A DNA stretch of 64,000 nt from contig CP091135.1 of the NCBI GenBank assembly GCA_021582655.1, positions 293,078 to 357,077 on the forward strand, written 5' to 3'. Position numbers and translations under genes: made by a program. Each line of letters starts with the position of its first letter. Within the stretch, counting starts at the first letter, position 1. The notes under the pieces are model-generated. The model had not been told where the DNA came from and searched no databases. It saw nothing but the letters and a program-made list of their open reading frames with translations. This DNA comes from Nitrosomonas sp. (GTDB lineage Bacteria; Pseudomonadota; Gammaproteobacteria; Burkholderiales; Nitrosomonadaceae). Below are positions 20,447-31,353 of this stretch, piece after piece.

Positions 20447-21232
20447 CTATTCCAAGCAATCCGCCCTATTTTGTAAAGTGCGGCGCGCATAGTAGGCAAA
20501 TCCTACGGCGCTGCGCTGGCCGCGCAAAATCCAATCATGCGCTTCGCGCCCCAAATCCGGTTCGATCGGTTGGATTTTCCCGGCGGACATTGCCAATAAC
20601 TGCATCCGTGCTGCACGTTCGAACGCTAATGCCAGGATGCACGCCTCTTCAATGCTGGAAGCGGCGATCAGTAATCCGTGGTGCGCCAGTAGCAACGCAT
20701 GCTTATCGCCGATCGCCTGGGCGATCAATTCACCTTCCTCGTTACCAACCGGCACGCCTGGCCATTTCGGTAAAAATGCGACATCGTCGTACAGCACGCA
20801 ATTGTCCATGTGTGAAATTTCCAGCGGCACTTCGAGCATGCTCAGTGCGGCGGTGTGGATCGCATGAGTGTGAATGATACATTGCACATCCGGTCTGGCG
20901 CGGTACAGCCACGAATGAAAGCGATTGGCGGGATTGGCCATGCCATCACCTTGCAATACTTGCAAATCTTCGTTAACCAACAGTAAGTTACTGGCACGGA
21001 TCTCGTTAAAACCGAATCCTAACCGTTGCGTCAGATACGTACCCGGTTGCTGGCCGCGCGCGGTGATTTGTCCGGCCAATCCGGAATCGTGGCCGTTATC
21101 GAACAAAATCCGGCAAGTCAATGCAAGTTTTTGCGCCGGTGTATAATCTATCCCTTGCAAATGTTGGTCCATCTGCACAAACGATTGCTGAATCAATTGG
21201 CTTTTGTCTAAATTGAATGTATCAATGGTCAT
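20447..21232 (-). CDS. Class II aldolase/adducin family protein
   Basis: FH..Y-x-ARPDV-x-CIIHTH, LLAHHG metal-binding histidines. Confidence 0.88.
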   Translation of the reverse strand: MTIDTFNLDKSQLIQQSFVQMDQHLQGIDYTPAQKLALTCRILFDNGHDSGLAGQITARGQQPGTYLTQRLGFGFNEIRASNLLLVNEDLQVLQGDGMANPANRFHSWLYRARPDVQCIIHTHAIHTAALSMLEVPLEISHMDNCVLYDDVAFLPKWPGVPVGNEEGELIAQAIGDKHALLLAHHGLLIAASSIEEACILALAFERAARMQLLAMSAGKIQPIEPDLGREAHDWILRGQRSAVGFAYYARRTLQNRADCLE

Positions 21233-21249
21233 GATGTAATCCTTACCGA

Positions 21250-21657
21250 TTAAAATTCATCCTGATTGGCAATAAATCGCTCCATTTCCCGGCGGTCACG
21301 CTTGGTTGGGCGTCCCTTGGTATAAAGCGGCGGCTGCGGTTGCGCCTTCAACCGTGCGGCGACCAGCTCACGCTGCGTACGACTTTCATCGGTTTCCCGG
21401 TACAGCAGTTGTGCCTGCGATGCGGAACCACGTTTGTTCGACAAACCCATCACTTCGATATCGTATTGATAATTGCCGATGCGTATCGTCAGGTGATCAC
21501 CCGTTGCAACGATTTTTGCCGGTTTTATCCGCTGCCCGTTCAAGGTTACGCGCCCACGCTCGACCGCCTCGGCCGCCAATGAGCGGGTTTTAAAGAATCG
21601 TGTTGCGAACAACCATTTGTCGATACGAAATTTCTCTATAATTTCATCTGATTGCAT
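21250..21657 (-). CDS. hslR: Ribosome-associated heat shock protein Hsp15 (S4 domain)
   Basis: RIDKWL..RFFKTRSLA, GRPTKRDRR. Confidence 0.9.
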   Translation of the reverse strand: MQSDEIIEKFRIDKWLFATRFFKTRSLAAEAVERGRVTLNGQRIKPAKIVATGDHLTIRIGNYQYDIEVMGLSNKRGSASQAQLLYRETDESRTQRELVAARLKAQPQPPLYTKGRPTKRDRREMERFIANQDEF

Positions 21658-21929
21658 CGTATCATTTGCCGTATTGCATTAGATCCAATCGTTCAAGTGC
21701 TTGTCGAAACGAGTGTGTATTTTTCCGTCTCACTTGAATCAAGTGCATGATGATAGTTGGCGCAAATTTTGCGCATGATGATTGTTGAGACATTTGAAAC
21801 TTTATGCTCGACGAATGAATCGTCGTTGCCGAATGTGCATTAATCCGACTCAAATTGCAAGTAAAAGTAATAAAAACGCTATTGCCGGCGATGCGATTTT
21901 TCCGTGACGGCAAAGTGAATCGATGCATG

Positions 21930-23738
21930 CTATGACTGGTTTCGCAACATGACCATCAACTGCTCGCCGTATTTTTCCAGTTTGCGTGTCCCGACTCCCG
22001 CCACTTGGTGCAACGCCTCTTCGGTTTGCGGGGATAGCCGTACCAATTCCCGCAATGTGCTGTCATGAAAAATCACGTAAGCCGGCACACCGTGCTCCTT
22101 AGCGGTTTTAGCTCGCCAAGCGCGTAATTGCTCCCACAAAGCCAATTCATCGTCACTGAACGGCTTGGAATCAACCGACTGCCGCCTCTCGGAAAATGAT
22201 TTGGATTGGAGCTGTTCGCGCAACAGGACGGTTCGCTGCCCTTTCAGTACCGCACGACTGGCTTCAGTGAGATGCAACGCACCATAGCCTTCGCTATCGG
22301 TGGTCAACAACCCGAGTGCCACGATTTGGCGGAAAATCGCACGCCAGGCTTTTTCCGGCAGATCCTTACCGATACCGAAAGTGCTGAGCCGGGTATGGTG
22401 CCATTGCCGGACACGCGCGGTCGGGCTGCCGCGCAGCACGTCGATCAAATGCCCGGCACCGAAGGTTTGCCCGGTACGGTAAACGCAAGACAGCGCCTTT
22501 TGCACCTCCACCGTCGCATCGTGCAGTCGCGGCGGATTCAGGCAAATATCGCAGTTACCGCACGCTTCTATTGCTGTCGCTTCGCCGAAATAGCGCAAGA
22601 TGCGCATGCGTCGGCAAGTCATTGTTTCGCACAATGCCAGCATCGCCTCCAGTTTGCGCGCGGCTGTTTGCTTGAATCGGGCGTGCGCTTCGGATTCCTC
22701 GATCATCCGCCGCTGTTGAATCACATCGTTCAAACCATACACCATCCAAGCATCGGCGGCTTGTCCGTCGCGCCCGGCACGGCCGGTCTCCTGGTAATAC
22801 CCTTCGATGCTCTTCGGCAAATCCAAATGCGCAACAAAGCGCACATCGGGTTTATCGATCCCCATACCGAATGCAATCGTCGCCACCATGATCACACCGT
22901 CCTCACGCAGGAATTTCTCCTGATGATCGCTGCGCTCCCGCAAACTCATGCCGGCATGATAAGCCATCGCGCGCAGCCCTTGCCCCGCCAACCAGAACGC
23001 TGTTTCTTCCGCTTTTTTACGCGACAGGCAATAAACAATGCCCGCATCATTCGGGTGTTCCGCCCGGATGAAATGCAGCAATTGTGCACGACTGTTGGTT
23101 TTGTCGACGATACGGTAGCGGATGTTCGGACGATCGAAACTGGAGACGAATATTTCAGCAGTTTCCAATCCCAGTCGTTCGATGATTTCCTTACGCGTAT
23201 CCATATCCGCCGTGGCGGTCAGCGCTATGCGCGGTATGGTGGGAAACCGCTCGTGCAACACCGACAACTGAATATATTCCGGACGAAAATCGTGCCCCCA
23301 CTGCGACACGCAATGTGCTTCGTCGATCGCGAATAAAGCGATCCGGACGCGTGCGATCAGCGCTAAGAAGCGCGCCGTCAGCAAACGCTCCGGCGCTACA
23401 TAGAGTAAATCGTATTCACCCGCCAACAGTCGCTGTTCCACATGCGCGGCCTCGCGCGGCGACAACGACGAATTCAATACCGCTGCACGCACGTCGAGCT
23501 CAAGCAGCGCCGCCATTTGGTTTTGCATCAACGCGATCAACGGCGATACCACAATGGCTACACCATCACGCAACAACGCCGGAATTTGATAGCACAGTGA
23601 CTTGCCACCGCCGGTCGGCATCAGTACCAGGCAATCGCCACCGCCTGTGAGATGCTCGATCACCGCCGCCTGCTGTCCGCGGAAAGCCGGATAGCCAAAT
23701 ACTTCCTTAAGAATAGTGAGCGCTTCGGACATGCACAA
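21930..23738 (-). CDS. recQ: ATP-dependent DNA helicase RecQ
   Basis: [39 protein letters not shown] and HRDC domains. Confidence 0.97.
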   Translation of the reverse strand: MCMSEALTILKEVFGYPAFRGQQAAVIEHLTGGGDCLVLMPTGGGKSLCYQIPALLRDGVAIVVSPLIALMQNQMAALLELDVRAAVLNSSLSPREAAHVEQRLLAGEYDLLYVAPERLLTARFLALIARVRIALFAIDEAHCVSQWGHDFRPEYIQLSVLHERFPTIPRIALTATADMDTRKEIIERLGLETAEIFVSSFDRPNIRYRIVDKTNSRAQLLHFIRAEHPNDAGIVYCLSRKKAEETAFWLAGQGLRAMAYHAGMSLRERSDHQEKFLREDGVIMVATIAFGMGIDKPDVRFVAHLDLPKSIEGYYQETGRAGRDGQAADAWMVYGLNDVIQQRRMIEESEAHARFKQTAARKLEAMLALCETMTCRRMRILRYFGEATAIEACGNCDICLNPPRLHDATVEVQKALSCVYRTGQTFGAGHLIDVLRGSPTARVRQWHHTRLSTFGIGKDLPEKAWRAIFRQIVALGLLTTDSEGYGALHLTEASRAVLKGQRTVLLREQLQSKSFSERRQSVDSKPFSDDELALWEQLRAWRAKTAKEHGVPAYVIFHDSTLRELVRLSPQTEEALHQVAGVGTRKLEKYGEQLMVMLRNQS

Positions 23739-23980
23739 TGCGGATTGGTTTTATGACAAAGTAGCAGACCGGCCGGGGCAATTTTGATCGATGGTAAAGA
23801 CTAGAGTCGTGATAGTACAGTAGAATGCACACCCTGGCACATACGAGTGCGTGCGCGAATACCGGGCATGATTGCGCGCTTTCGCAGGATTTCAAATTAT
23901 TCAGGATGTTGTGCTGGTATAATTTCCGCCAAAATCTTTATTGATACAATTTTTTGCGACGTGAGTCTGGAGAAAACAAT

Positions 23981-25390
23981 ATGATGGTAACTGATGTTTT
24001 GAAAATGATTCAAGACAATGAGGTCAAGTTTGTTGATTTACGCTTTACCGATACCAACGGAAAAGAACATCACGTAACCGTCCCTGCGCACACGTTCGAT
24101 GCCGACAAATTCGAAGACGGCCATCCGTTTGACGGCTCGTCGATCGGCGGCTGGAAAAGTATCCAGGCATCCGACATGTTGCTGATTCCCGACCCGGATA
24201 CCGCCAATATGGATCCATTCATGGATGAACCAACCTTATTGCTGACATGCGATGTGGTTGAACCCGCCGACGGTAAGGGCTATAACCGGGATCCTCGTTC
24301 GTTGGCCAAACGCGCTGAAATTTACTTGAAATCGACCGGTATCGGGGATGTTGCATATTTCGGTCCGGAGCCCGAATTTTTCATTTTCGATTCGGTACGC
24401 TGGCATACCGGCATGTCCGGCTGTTCGGTCAAAATCGAATCCGAAGAAGCCGCGTGGAGTTCGGCGGTCAAATACGAAAGCGGTAATGTCGGTCATCGTC
24501 CGGCGATCAAAGGCGGCTATTTTCCGGTACCACCGGTGGATTCGTTTCAGGATATCCGTTCCGCAATGTGTTTGACCTTGGAGGAAATGGGTGTCGGCGT
24601 CGAGGTGCATCATCACGAAGTCGCTACCGCCGGGCAGTGCGAGATCGGTACGTGCTACAACAGCCTGGTCAAACGCGCGGATTGGAATCAAATCCTCAAA
24701 TACGTGGTACATAACGTCGCGCATTCTTACGGCAAAACCGCCACTTTCATGCCTAAGCCGATCGTCGGCGACAACGGCTCCGGGATGCATGTGCATCAAT
24801 CGATCTGGAAAGACGGTAAAAATCTGTTTTCCGGCAACGGTTACGCCGGTTTGTCGGAGATTGCGCTGTACTACATCGGCGGAATCCTGAAACACGCCAA
24901 AGCGCTGAATGCGATCTGCAATCCCAGCACCAACTCGTATAAGCGGTTGGTCGCCGGTTTCGAAGCGCCGGTAAATCTGGCGTATTCCGCCAGCAACCGC
25001 TCGGCGGCCATACGCATTCCGCATACCAGCAGCCCTAAAGGCCGCCGCATCGAAGTTCGTTTCCCTGATCCGACCGCAAATCCTTATCTGGCGTTTACCG
25101 CATTGATGATGGCCGGTCTCGACGGCATTCAAAACAAAATTCACCCAGGCGATCCGATGGATAAGAATCTTTACGATCTGCCGCCGGAAGAAGCCGCCAA
25201 GGTACCCAATGCCTGCGCGTCACTGGACGAAGCGCTGGATTGCCTGGATAAGGACCGCGACTTCCTGACCCGCGGCGGCGTTTTTTCCAACGATATGATC
25301 GACGCGTATATTCAACTGAAAACGGATGAAGTCCTTTTGTTACGCATGACGACGCACCCCATTGAATTTGATATGTATTACAGTCTATAG
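23981..25390 (+). CDS. glnA: Glutamine synthetase type I
   Basis: FDGSSI, HHEVA, ATFMPKP..GSGMH, NLYDLP adenylylation site; ATG behind GGAG. Confidence 0.98.
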   Translation: MMVTDVLKMIQDNEVKFVDLRFTDTNGKEHHVTVPAHTFDADKFEDGHPFDGSSIGGWKSIQASDMLLIPDPDTANMDPFMDEPTLLLTCDVVEPADGKGYNRDPRSLAKRAEIYLKSTGIGDVAYFGPEPEFFIFDSVRWHTGMSGCSVKIESEEAAWSSAVKYESGNVGHRPAIKGGYFPVPPVDSFQDIRSAMCLTLEEMGVGVEVHHHEVATAGQCEIGTCYNSLVKRADWNQILKYVVHNVAHSYGKTATFMPKPIVGDNGSGMHVHQSIWKDGKNLFSGNGYAGLSEIALYYIGGILKHAKALNAICNPSTNSYKRLVAGFEAPVNLAYSASNRSAAIRIPHTSSPKGRRIEVRFPDPTANPYLAFTALMMAGLDGIQNKIHPGDPMDKNLYDLPPEEAAKVPNACASLDEALDCLDKDRDFLTRGGVFSNDMIDAYIQLKTDEVLLLRMTTHPIEFDMYYSL

Positions 25391-25565
25391 ATAGAATCCG
25401 CCGCGTATCGAAAAAAAACCGGCAATATCGCCTATCTCAACCGGAGGAGAATCGAACAAACTGCAATAAGCAGGAATTCCTGGTGTTTTTTCAGTTTTTC
25501 CTGCGACGCATCATTGGTATACTGAACAAATAGCGGCACCTTGAACAACACTCAACGATAACGAT

Positions 25566-26003
25566 ATGAAAATAAGATCATTCTTTATTCTATTGATGTT
25601 AATACTGGAGTGCGCGGCATTCCAGGCAATTGCCGGTACCGATATTTATAAGCACGTCGACAAAAACGGCAATATTACGTTCACTAACCGCAAGATTCCG
25701 AATGCGGAAAAGATCTCGCTGGCATCGTATGCCCCTAAATCTTCAACTAATAAAATACAACCTCAAGCCGCACGGACCAGTTTCAGTTCGCCGAACGAAC
25801 GTAGCGGCATGCGCCGTAAAATCCTGGAAAGCGAGCTGTTGACCGAACAGCAATTGTTCGCTGATACCCGGCTTTCTTTGGATCAAATCGCCGATGCGCC
25901 GCAATCGGAAAATACCCAACAGAGATCCGTGCAACTCAAAAATAAGCTATTCATGCATCAACGCAATATTGCTGCACTCAAAAAAGAATTGGCGCGATTT
26001 TAG
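25566..26003 (+). CDS. DUF4124 domain secreted protein
   Basis: Signal peptide plus IYKHVDKNGNITFTN and coiled coil. Confidence 0.8.
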   Translation: MKIRSFFILLMLILECAAFQAIAGTDIYKHVDKNGNITFTNRKIPNAEKISLASYAPKSSTNKIQPQAARTSFSSPNERSGMRRKILESELLTEQQLFADTRLSLDQIADAPQSENTQQRSVQLKNKLFMHQRNIAALKKELARF

Positions 26004-26040
26004 ATTTTGATTGATTTGTATGGCCGTGATGGGAGAATCT

Positions 26041-26496
26041 ATGAAACCGGGCTGCTTGCTGCTATTCGCGCTTACTGCTATGCCAATCGCCGTTCAAGGC
26101 GGTGTTTACAAGCATGTTGACGAACACGGCAATGTCACGTACTCCAACGTTCCTTCCGGCGATGCGAAGCGCATCGATTTGCCTTCATTGATCGTCGTTC
26201 CTTCGGTCGATTCCGGCGATATCGATGACCGCATGGTTAAGCGCAGGGAATCATTAAAGCTTGAAGAACAGCGCGGCAAGCTGCAAGATAAAATCGCCGA
26301 GGAGGAAAAACGCCTCAACGAAGTCAAAGACGTATACAAGGACGGCACTCCCGATCGCTTGGGCAGCGAACGCAACTATCAACGCTACCTTGATCGCGTC
26401 GAGCGGCTCAAGGAAGAAATCAAGGTACGTGAGAAAAACCTGAGTATCCTGCGGGAGGAACTGAATCGGCTGCCTGATAAAATACAAATCAGGTAA
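26041..26496 (+). CDS. DUF4124 domain secreted protein
   Basis: VYKHVDEHGNVTYSNVP, ERNYQRYLDRV coiled coil. Confidence 0.8.
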   Translation: MKPGCLLLFALTAMPIAVQGGVYKHVDEHGNVTYSNVPSGDAKRIDLPSLIVVPSVDSGDIDDRMVKRRESLKLEEQRGKLQDKIAEEEKRLNEVKDVYKDGTPDRLGSERNYQRYLDRVERLKEEIKVREKNLSILREELNRLPDKIQIR

Positions 26497-27262
26497 TTAC
26501 ATTCAATTCCGCCATTACCGGTGCATGATCCGAAGGTCGTTCCAGCTTGCGCGGCGCTTTGTCGATTTGGCACGATAGGCAGGATCGCGCCAGTTGCTCG
26601 CTCAACAATATATGATCGATGCGCAATCCTCGATTGAGGCGGAAAGCCATCATGCGATAATCCCACCAGGTATACGATTTTTCCGGCTGCGTGAACAGAC
26701 GAAAACTGTCGGATAAGCCGATGTTAAGCAAATCCGCAAAAACGTCGCGTTCCGGCTGACTGCAGAGCACACTGCCTTGCCATAATACCGGATCGTGGAC
26801 ATCACGGTCTTCCGGTGCAATGTTGAAATCCCCCATCACCGCCAGTTTCGGATAGCGCTCCAATTCCTGCTTCAACCAATGTACCAGCGCGGGTAACCAT
26901 GCCAGCTTATACTGATATTTCTCCGAACCGACTGCCTCACCGTTCGGTACATACACCGATATCACACGCACATCCCCATACGTGGCCGCTACGACCCGTT
27001 TTTGCTCATCAACCAACCCGGGTATCGCGGTGACTGTCTCAATACCTGGATATTTACTAAGTATTGCAACGCCGTTATAGGTTTTCTGACCGGTAAAAAT
27101 AGCTTGATAACCGGCCGCTGCGAGCTCCGTCACCGGAAAATTTTCATCGGTTAATTTGGTTTCCTGCACGCACAAGATTTCCGGTTGATGTTGTGCCAGC
27201 CAATCTATTACGTGCGGCAGCCGCACTTTCAGTGAATTAACGTTCCAGGTGGCCAATTTCAT
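26489..27262 (-). CDS. xth: Exodeoxyribonuclease III
   Basis: ATWNVNS, QETK, GDFNIAP, RIDH, SDHAP. Confidence 0.96.
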   Translation of the reverse strand: MKLATWNVNSLKVRLPHVIDWLAQHQPEILCVQETKLTDENFPVTELAAAGYQAIFTGQKTYNGVAILSKYPGIETVTAIPGLVDEQKRVVAATYGDVRVISVYVPNGEAVGSEKYQYKLAWLPALVHWLKQELERYPKLAVMGDFNIAPEDRDVHDPVLWQGSVLCSQPERDVFADLLNIGLSDSFRLFTQPEKSYTWWDYRMMAFRLNRGLRIDHILLSEQLARSCLSCQIDKAPRKLERPSDHAPVMAELNVIT

Positions 27263-28992
27263 GGTGAAGTTTCCTCGATGCGCTGATTGTTACCTTGGTG
27301 GACGACGATCTGAGTAAACGGAATCGTCCATTGTTGTTGATTGCAGACTTCTACGGCATAGCGCTGCAGTGCGCGCCGGATGGCGAAATAATCCCGCGCA
27401 GCACTGCCGTCAAAGCCGGCAATGATTTGATAATCGAGCGACGAGACATTCGCCTTGGCGAAATGCACATTCAAATCCGTCAATGCACTGCCGAACGGTT
27501 GTTGCAGCAACCCCTGGCGGATTCCGGCGCACAGGATTTCCGGAATTACTGTAGTCGCCAGCATTTGATGCCGGTAATCCACACCAAACTCGCTGAAGAC
27601 GGTAAATCCCTGCGAGTAATTTTTCGGATTGGCTGCCAGAAAATCGGCAATCGAATATGTTCGCGGCATTAATCCGTCAGCGGCCGAGATCACGATATTT
27701 TCCAAGGTAATACATTTCACCATGCCGAACGTATCGTCCGACAATTTGACAAAATCACCGATTCTGCAGGGAAACCAAGGTTGATCCGCTGAATACGGAC
27801 GGGAAATGTAATTGGCCAGTTCACCCAGAGTCAGTCGCAATTCCAAACCGGGCAGCATCGGATTCACCAGCTTGGAATAATAATTCAAGCTTTCCACCCG
27901 CATCGGTATGCCGTTATACACAATACATTCCCCTTCCCGAACCGAACCGGTATTGAGCAGCATTCTCAGCTCATTGACAAAACTGGGAATCGAGCTTTTC
28001 AACAGCCAGATGATACTCACCAGCAATAGCACGGTAATTCCGATCAATGCTTGGTCGTTACGCACGTTGAGTACATAAAATACCGCCGCGACCGCCAGTA
28101 CGCCCATCAGGAAATGATAGAACAGTGTGATGATGCGCTGGTAATAAGTTCTTTTTTCGTCATCCTGTTGACGACTGACCCACCCTAGCAGCTTCAACAA
28201 CAACAACATGGAAAAATATACTGCGATGAAAGCCGCAATCGCCATGAACAATGTCGCACCGCGTCCGGATGCAAATTGCGCGATATGCTCGCCGAGTGAA
28301 ATTTCCTTGGCTGACTGCGATTTAACCATTTCGTCGAGTTGTAATTGCGCCACTTCGAGCAAGTGATTGTTGTCTTGTAACTGATCCTGCCATTTCTTTT
28401 CGATACGCTCGAATTCGAGCAGCGCGGATTTTTCCAACCCGTACTTATTGATACCTGAAATATGCGCGAGTACTTCGTTGATGTTGCCGATTTGCTTGTT
28501 ATAAAAATCGATTTTCTTTTGCAAAAAATCCAACTTGCGTTTTTTTTCAGTCAATTGCCGTAATTCGCCGAGAATCGGCTGCACAATTTCCAGCAAATCC
28601 TTTTTCCAATCGAATCGCTGGCTTACACCGGTATCGTCGTTGCTTAATTCTAACCCCGCCGTCATGATCAGCTCAAATGACGATTCCTGCTCATGGATGG
28701 CATCGGCCAGTCGACTCAAGTCGTCCTGAATCTTGTTTTTTTCCTGATCGGTCTTAGCGCGTGCTAACGATTGCAGTTTCATCTCGATGATTTTTTCCTG
28801 CTGCTTGATACTGTCAATAATATCGTTCAGTTTGACAACCGCCAGTTCCTCCTGTAAATCCCGTCCGTCGGCGATCAAAGGAAATTCACCTGTCTTGGCC
28901 GTAGCATTTACGGCAAAAAATACGCTTACGGCGACTGACAGCACTCTCAGTACGATTAAAACAAAATGCCTGTTATTATTGCTTCGCTGCAA
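27259..28992 (-). CDS. Membrane protein with coiled-coil N-terminus and MscS-like C-terminus
   Basis: Signal-like N-terminus, coiled coil, three TM segments, FGVDY and IPFTQIVVH tail; TTG start at 28992 chosen behind AGGAG. Confidence 0.65.
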   Translation of the reverse strand: MQRSNNNRHFVLIVLRVLSVAVSVFFAVNATAKTGEFPLIADGRDLQEELAVVKLNDIIDSIKQQEKIIEMKLQSLARAKTDQEKNKIQDDLSRLADAIHEQESSFELIMTAGLELSNDDTGVSQRFDWKKDLLEIVQPILGELRQLTEKKRKLDFLQKKIDFYNKQIGNINEVLAHISGINKYGLEKSALLEFERIEKKWQDQLQDNNHLLEVAQLQLDEMVKSQSAKEISLGEHIAQFASGRGATLFMAIAAFIAVYFSMLLLLKLLGWVSRQQDDEKRTYYQRIITLFYHFLMGVLAVAAVFYVLNVRNDQALIGITVLLLVSIIWLLKSSIPSFVNELRMLLNTGSVREGECIVYNGIPMRVESLNYYSKLVNPMLPGLELRLTLGELANYISRPYSADQPWFPCRIGDFVKLSDDTFGMVKCITLENIVISAADGLMPRTYSIADFLAANPKNYSQGFTVFSEFGVDYRHQMLATTVIPEILCAGIRQGLLQQPFGSALTDLNVHFAKANVSSLDYQIIAGFDGSAARDYFAIRRALQRYAVEVCNQQQWTIPFTQIVVHQGNNQRIEETSP

Positions 28993-28997
28993 CTTCC

Positions 28998-30965
28998 TTA
29001 CTCCTGATGCTGATTCAATCGAGGTTGGATTAACGGCTGACGGCCGGCGGCAAAAAAATTCTCCACTTCGGTCAAGTCGCGCGTGCGCTTCATCGGTGGC
29101 AAGCTTTGCCAAATCTGCTTACCGTAAGCTTTGGTAATCAAGCGAGGATCACAAATCATCAATACGCCGTGATCCGTTTCGTCACGAATCAACCGCCCGG
29201 CCCCCTGCTTCAGACTGATTACCGCGCGCGGTAATTGATAGTCCATAAATGCATTGCGCCCTTCGTTGGTCATCTTTTCAATCCGGGCGGACAACACCGG
29301 ATCGTCCGGCGGCGCGAACGGCAGCTTGTCGATGATTACCAGAGACAAGGCCTCACCGCGCACATCAACACCTTCCCAGAACGACTGACTACCGATCAAT
29401 ATTGCGTTTCCAATGGTACGAAAGCTATCCAGCAAATAAGATCGCGATCCTTGTCCTTGCAACAACAATGGAAAATCAAAATCGTCCGCCACCTGCAATA
29501 ACTCGTACACACGTTGCATCGCACGCAAACTGGTGCACAGAAAAAAAGCGCGCCCCTTGCTTGCCCGCAATACCGGCAACGCTGCTGCTACCACGCGATC
29601 GGTATAGTCTTTTTGTTGCGGTTCGGGCAGGCCCTGCGGCACATAAAGCAAAGCTTGCGCGCCGTAATCGAAAGGACTGTCCCAGCTTGCCGTTTGCGCG
29701 CCGTCCAACCCCATTTCGTGATTGTAATGAGAAAAGTCTTTTTTGACCGACAATGTCGCCGAGGTGAAAATCCAAGCGCGTAGCGAGGCGGCAAGCTGCT
29801 TCTGAAAGATACCGGCAATCGACAAAGGGGTTGCATGCAGTTGCAACGCGTGATGAAAAACCTCGATCCAGCGCACGTAACCATCCATCTCGCCGTCGTC
29901 ATGCCAGCGCCGAATCAGCTGCAAGTGGTTATCCGCGCGGTGCCAGCAATGCTCCAGCCCTTCCGATCGTTCCGCCTGGCTTTCCAGTGCGCCGACCAGC
30001 GCATCCAATTGTTCCAGCAATTGATCCAATGCCGGTTTGAATCCGGGATAACGAAAGGCTTCGGACAATGCGATACGGGTATTTTCTTCCGCCACCGCTA
30101 AACGCAGATCGCGTGCCGCCTTGTCGGTCGCCGTGATGGCATCCTGCAGCGGCGTGAAATCCCGTGCCGCCTTCAGTGCCTCGATTTTAGCGTCGCGCGC
30201 CAGGTCGAGTAATTGCCCCGTGCTTACCGATTCCCCGAAAAACAAACTGGCGGTTTCCGGCAGCTGGTGCGCTTCGTCAAAAATCACCGTATTGCAGGCT
30301 GGCAGCAGTTCGGATAGGCCTTCATCGCGCAGCATCACATCGGCAAAAAACAAATGGTGATTCACCACCACGATGTCCGCACTCATCGCTTGCTTACGCG
30401 CTTCCATCACGAAGCACCGCTTGTAGCTGGGGCAATCGGAACCCAGACAATTGTCGCGCGTCGAAGTTACGAATTGCCAGATGGCCGCATGCTCAGGCAC
30501 TTCACTCAAACCGCTTTTGTCACCATCCTTGCTGTAGCCGGCGTAACGTTCGATCCATTGCAAATAGCGGATTTCCTCGCGATTGACGAAGGTAAGTTGG
30601 GTATCCTGCAAGCTTCTTTCCAAATGATAGTGGCAGACGTAATTGGCACGCCCTTTCAATAGCGCCACTGAAACCGGCAATTTCAACGCAGCCCGCGCCG
30701 CCGGGATATCCCGTTTGAACAATTGATCCTGCAAGGTTTTGGTACCGGTCGAAATGATGACTTTGCCGCCCGCCAGCAATGCCGGCACCAAATAAGCCAG
30801 GGTTTTCCCGGTTCCGGTACCCGCTTCGGCAACCAGAATACGGTGATTTTCAATGGTACTGGTGATGGCGCGCGCCATTTCCACTTGCTGCGAGCGCACA
30901 TGAAAGCCCGCAATATGGCGAGAGAGCACACCGCCGGGTGAGAAAATGGATTCGAGCTCTAACAT
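28998..30965 (-). CDS. DinG/YoaA-family ATP-dependent DNA helicase
   Basis: EAGTGTGKT, Fe-S cysteines, DEAH, KQGAGRLIR. Confidence 0.93.
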   Translation of the reverse strand: MLELESIFSPGGVLSRHIAGFHVRSQQVEMARAITSTIENHRILVAEAGTGTGKTLAYLVPALLAGGKVIISTGTKTLQDQLFKRDIPAARAALKLPVSVALLKGRANYVCHYHLERSLQDTQLTFVNREEIRYLQWIERYAGYSKDGDKSGLSEVPEHAAIWQFVTSTRDNCLGSDCPSYKRCFVMEARKQAMSADIVVVNHHLFFADVMLRDEGLSELLPACNTVIFDEAHQLPETASLFFGESVSTGQLLDLARDAKIEALKAARDFTPLQDAITATDKAARDLRLAVAEENTRIALSEAFRYPGFKPALDQLLEQLDALVGALESQAERSEGLEHCWHRADNHLQLIRRWHDDGEMDGYVRWIEVFHHALQLHATPLSIAGIFQKQLAASLRAWIFTSATLSVKKDFSHYNHEMGLDGAQTASWDSPFDYGAQALLYVPQGLPEPQQKDYTDRVVAAALPVLRASKGRAFFLCTSLRAMQRVYELLQVADDFDFPLLLQGQGSRSYLLDSFRTIGNAILIGSQSFWEGVDVRGEALSLVIIDKLPFAPPDDPVLSARIEKMTNEGRNAFMDYQLPRAVISLKQGAGRLIRDETDHGVLMICDPRLITKAYGKQIWQSLPPMKRTRDLTEVENFFAAGRQPLIQPRLNQHQE

Positions 30966-31025
30966 AAAACGCTTAAGGGTTAACGGTAATGATTGTGCCG
31001 CTGCAGTACTAACATCGATACGCGG

Positions 31026-31337
31026 TTATTTTTTCAATCTGCACAGTGAATAACCATCATCCCAACCCATGCGGTATTGCTCGTCTTTTTGATAACGATT
31101 CAGGTCTTTGAACGCCCATTTGGTGCTTTTTGCGGTTTCACAACCATCGATATAACCTTGCTGGGTACTCTCCGGGTAACCGGTTAAATTGTATTTCGGT
31201 TTGGCACTTTCCGGTAACGGCCCTGCAGGTCGGACCGGCTTCTTGCCGGGAATGGGCTGCTGTATCGGCAATCCGCCGCACCCGGCGGCCAACATCATGA
31301 TGACAATGAGAAAAAATGATAATCGATGGCGCATCAA
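31026..31337 (-). CDS. Small lipoprotein, unknown function
   Basis: Lipobox LAAGC; GYIDGC and GWDDG motifs. Confidence 0.75.
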   Translation of the reverse strand: MMRHRLSFFLIVIMMLAAGCGGLPIQQPIPGKKPVRPAGPLPESAKPKYNLTGYPESTQQGYIDGCETAKSTKWAFKDLNRYQKDEQYRMGWDDGYSLCRLKK

Positions 31338-31353
31338 GCGCGGCTCCTTGTCG

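Noticed and set aside
22206-23336. 376-aa plus-strand ORF
   Set aside because: Antisense shadow of recQ with no recognisable motifs
23835-23850. TGGCAC..TGC as a sigma54 promoter for glnA
   Set aside because: GG-to-GC spacing is 11 nt rather than the required 10
24236-25144. 302-aa minus-strand ORF
   Set aside because: Antisense shadow of glnA
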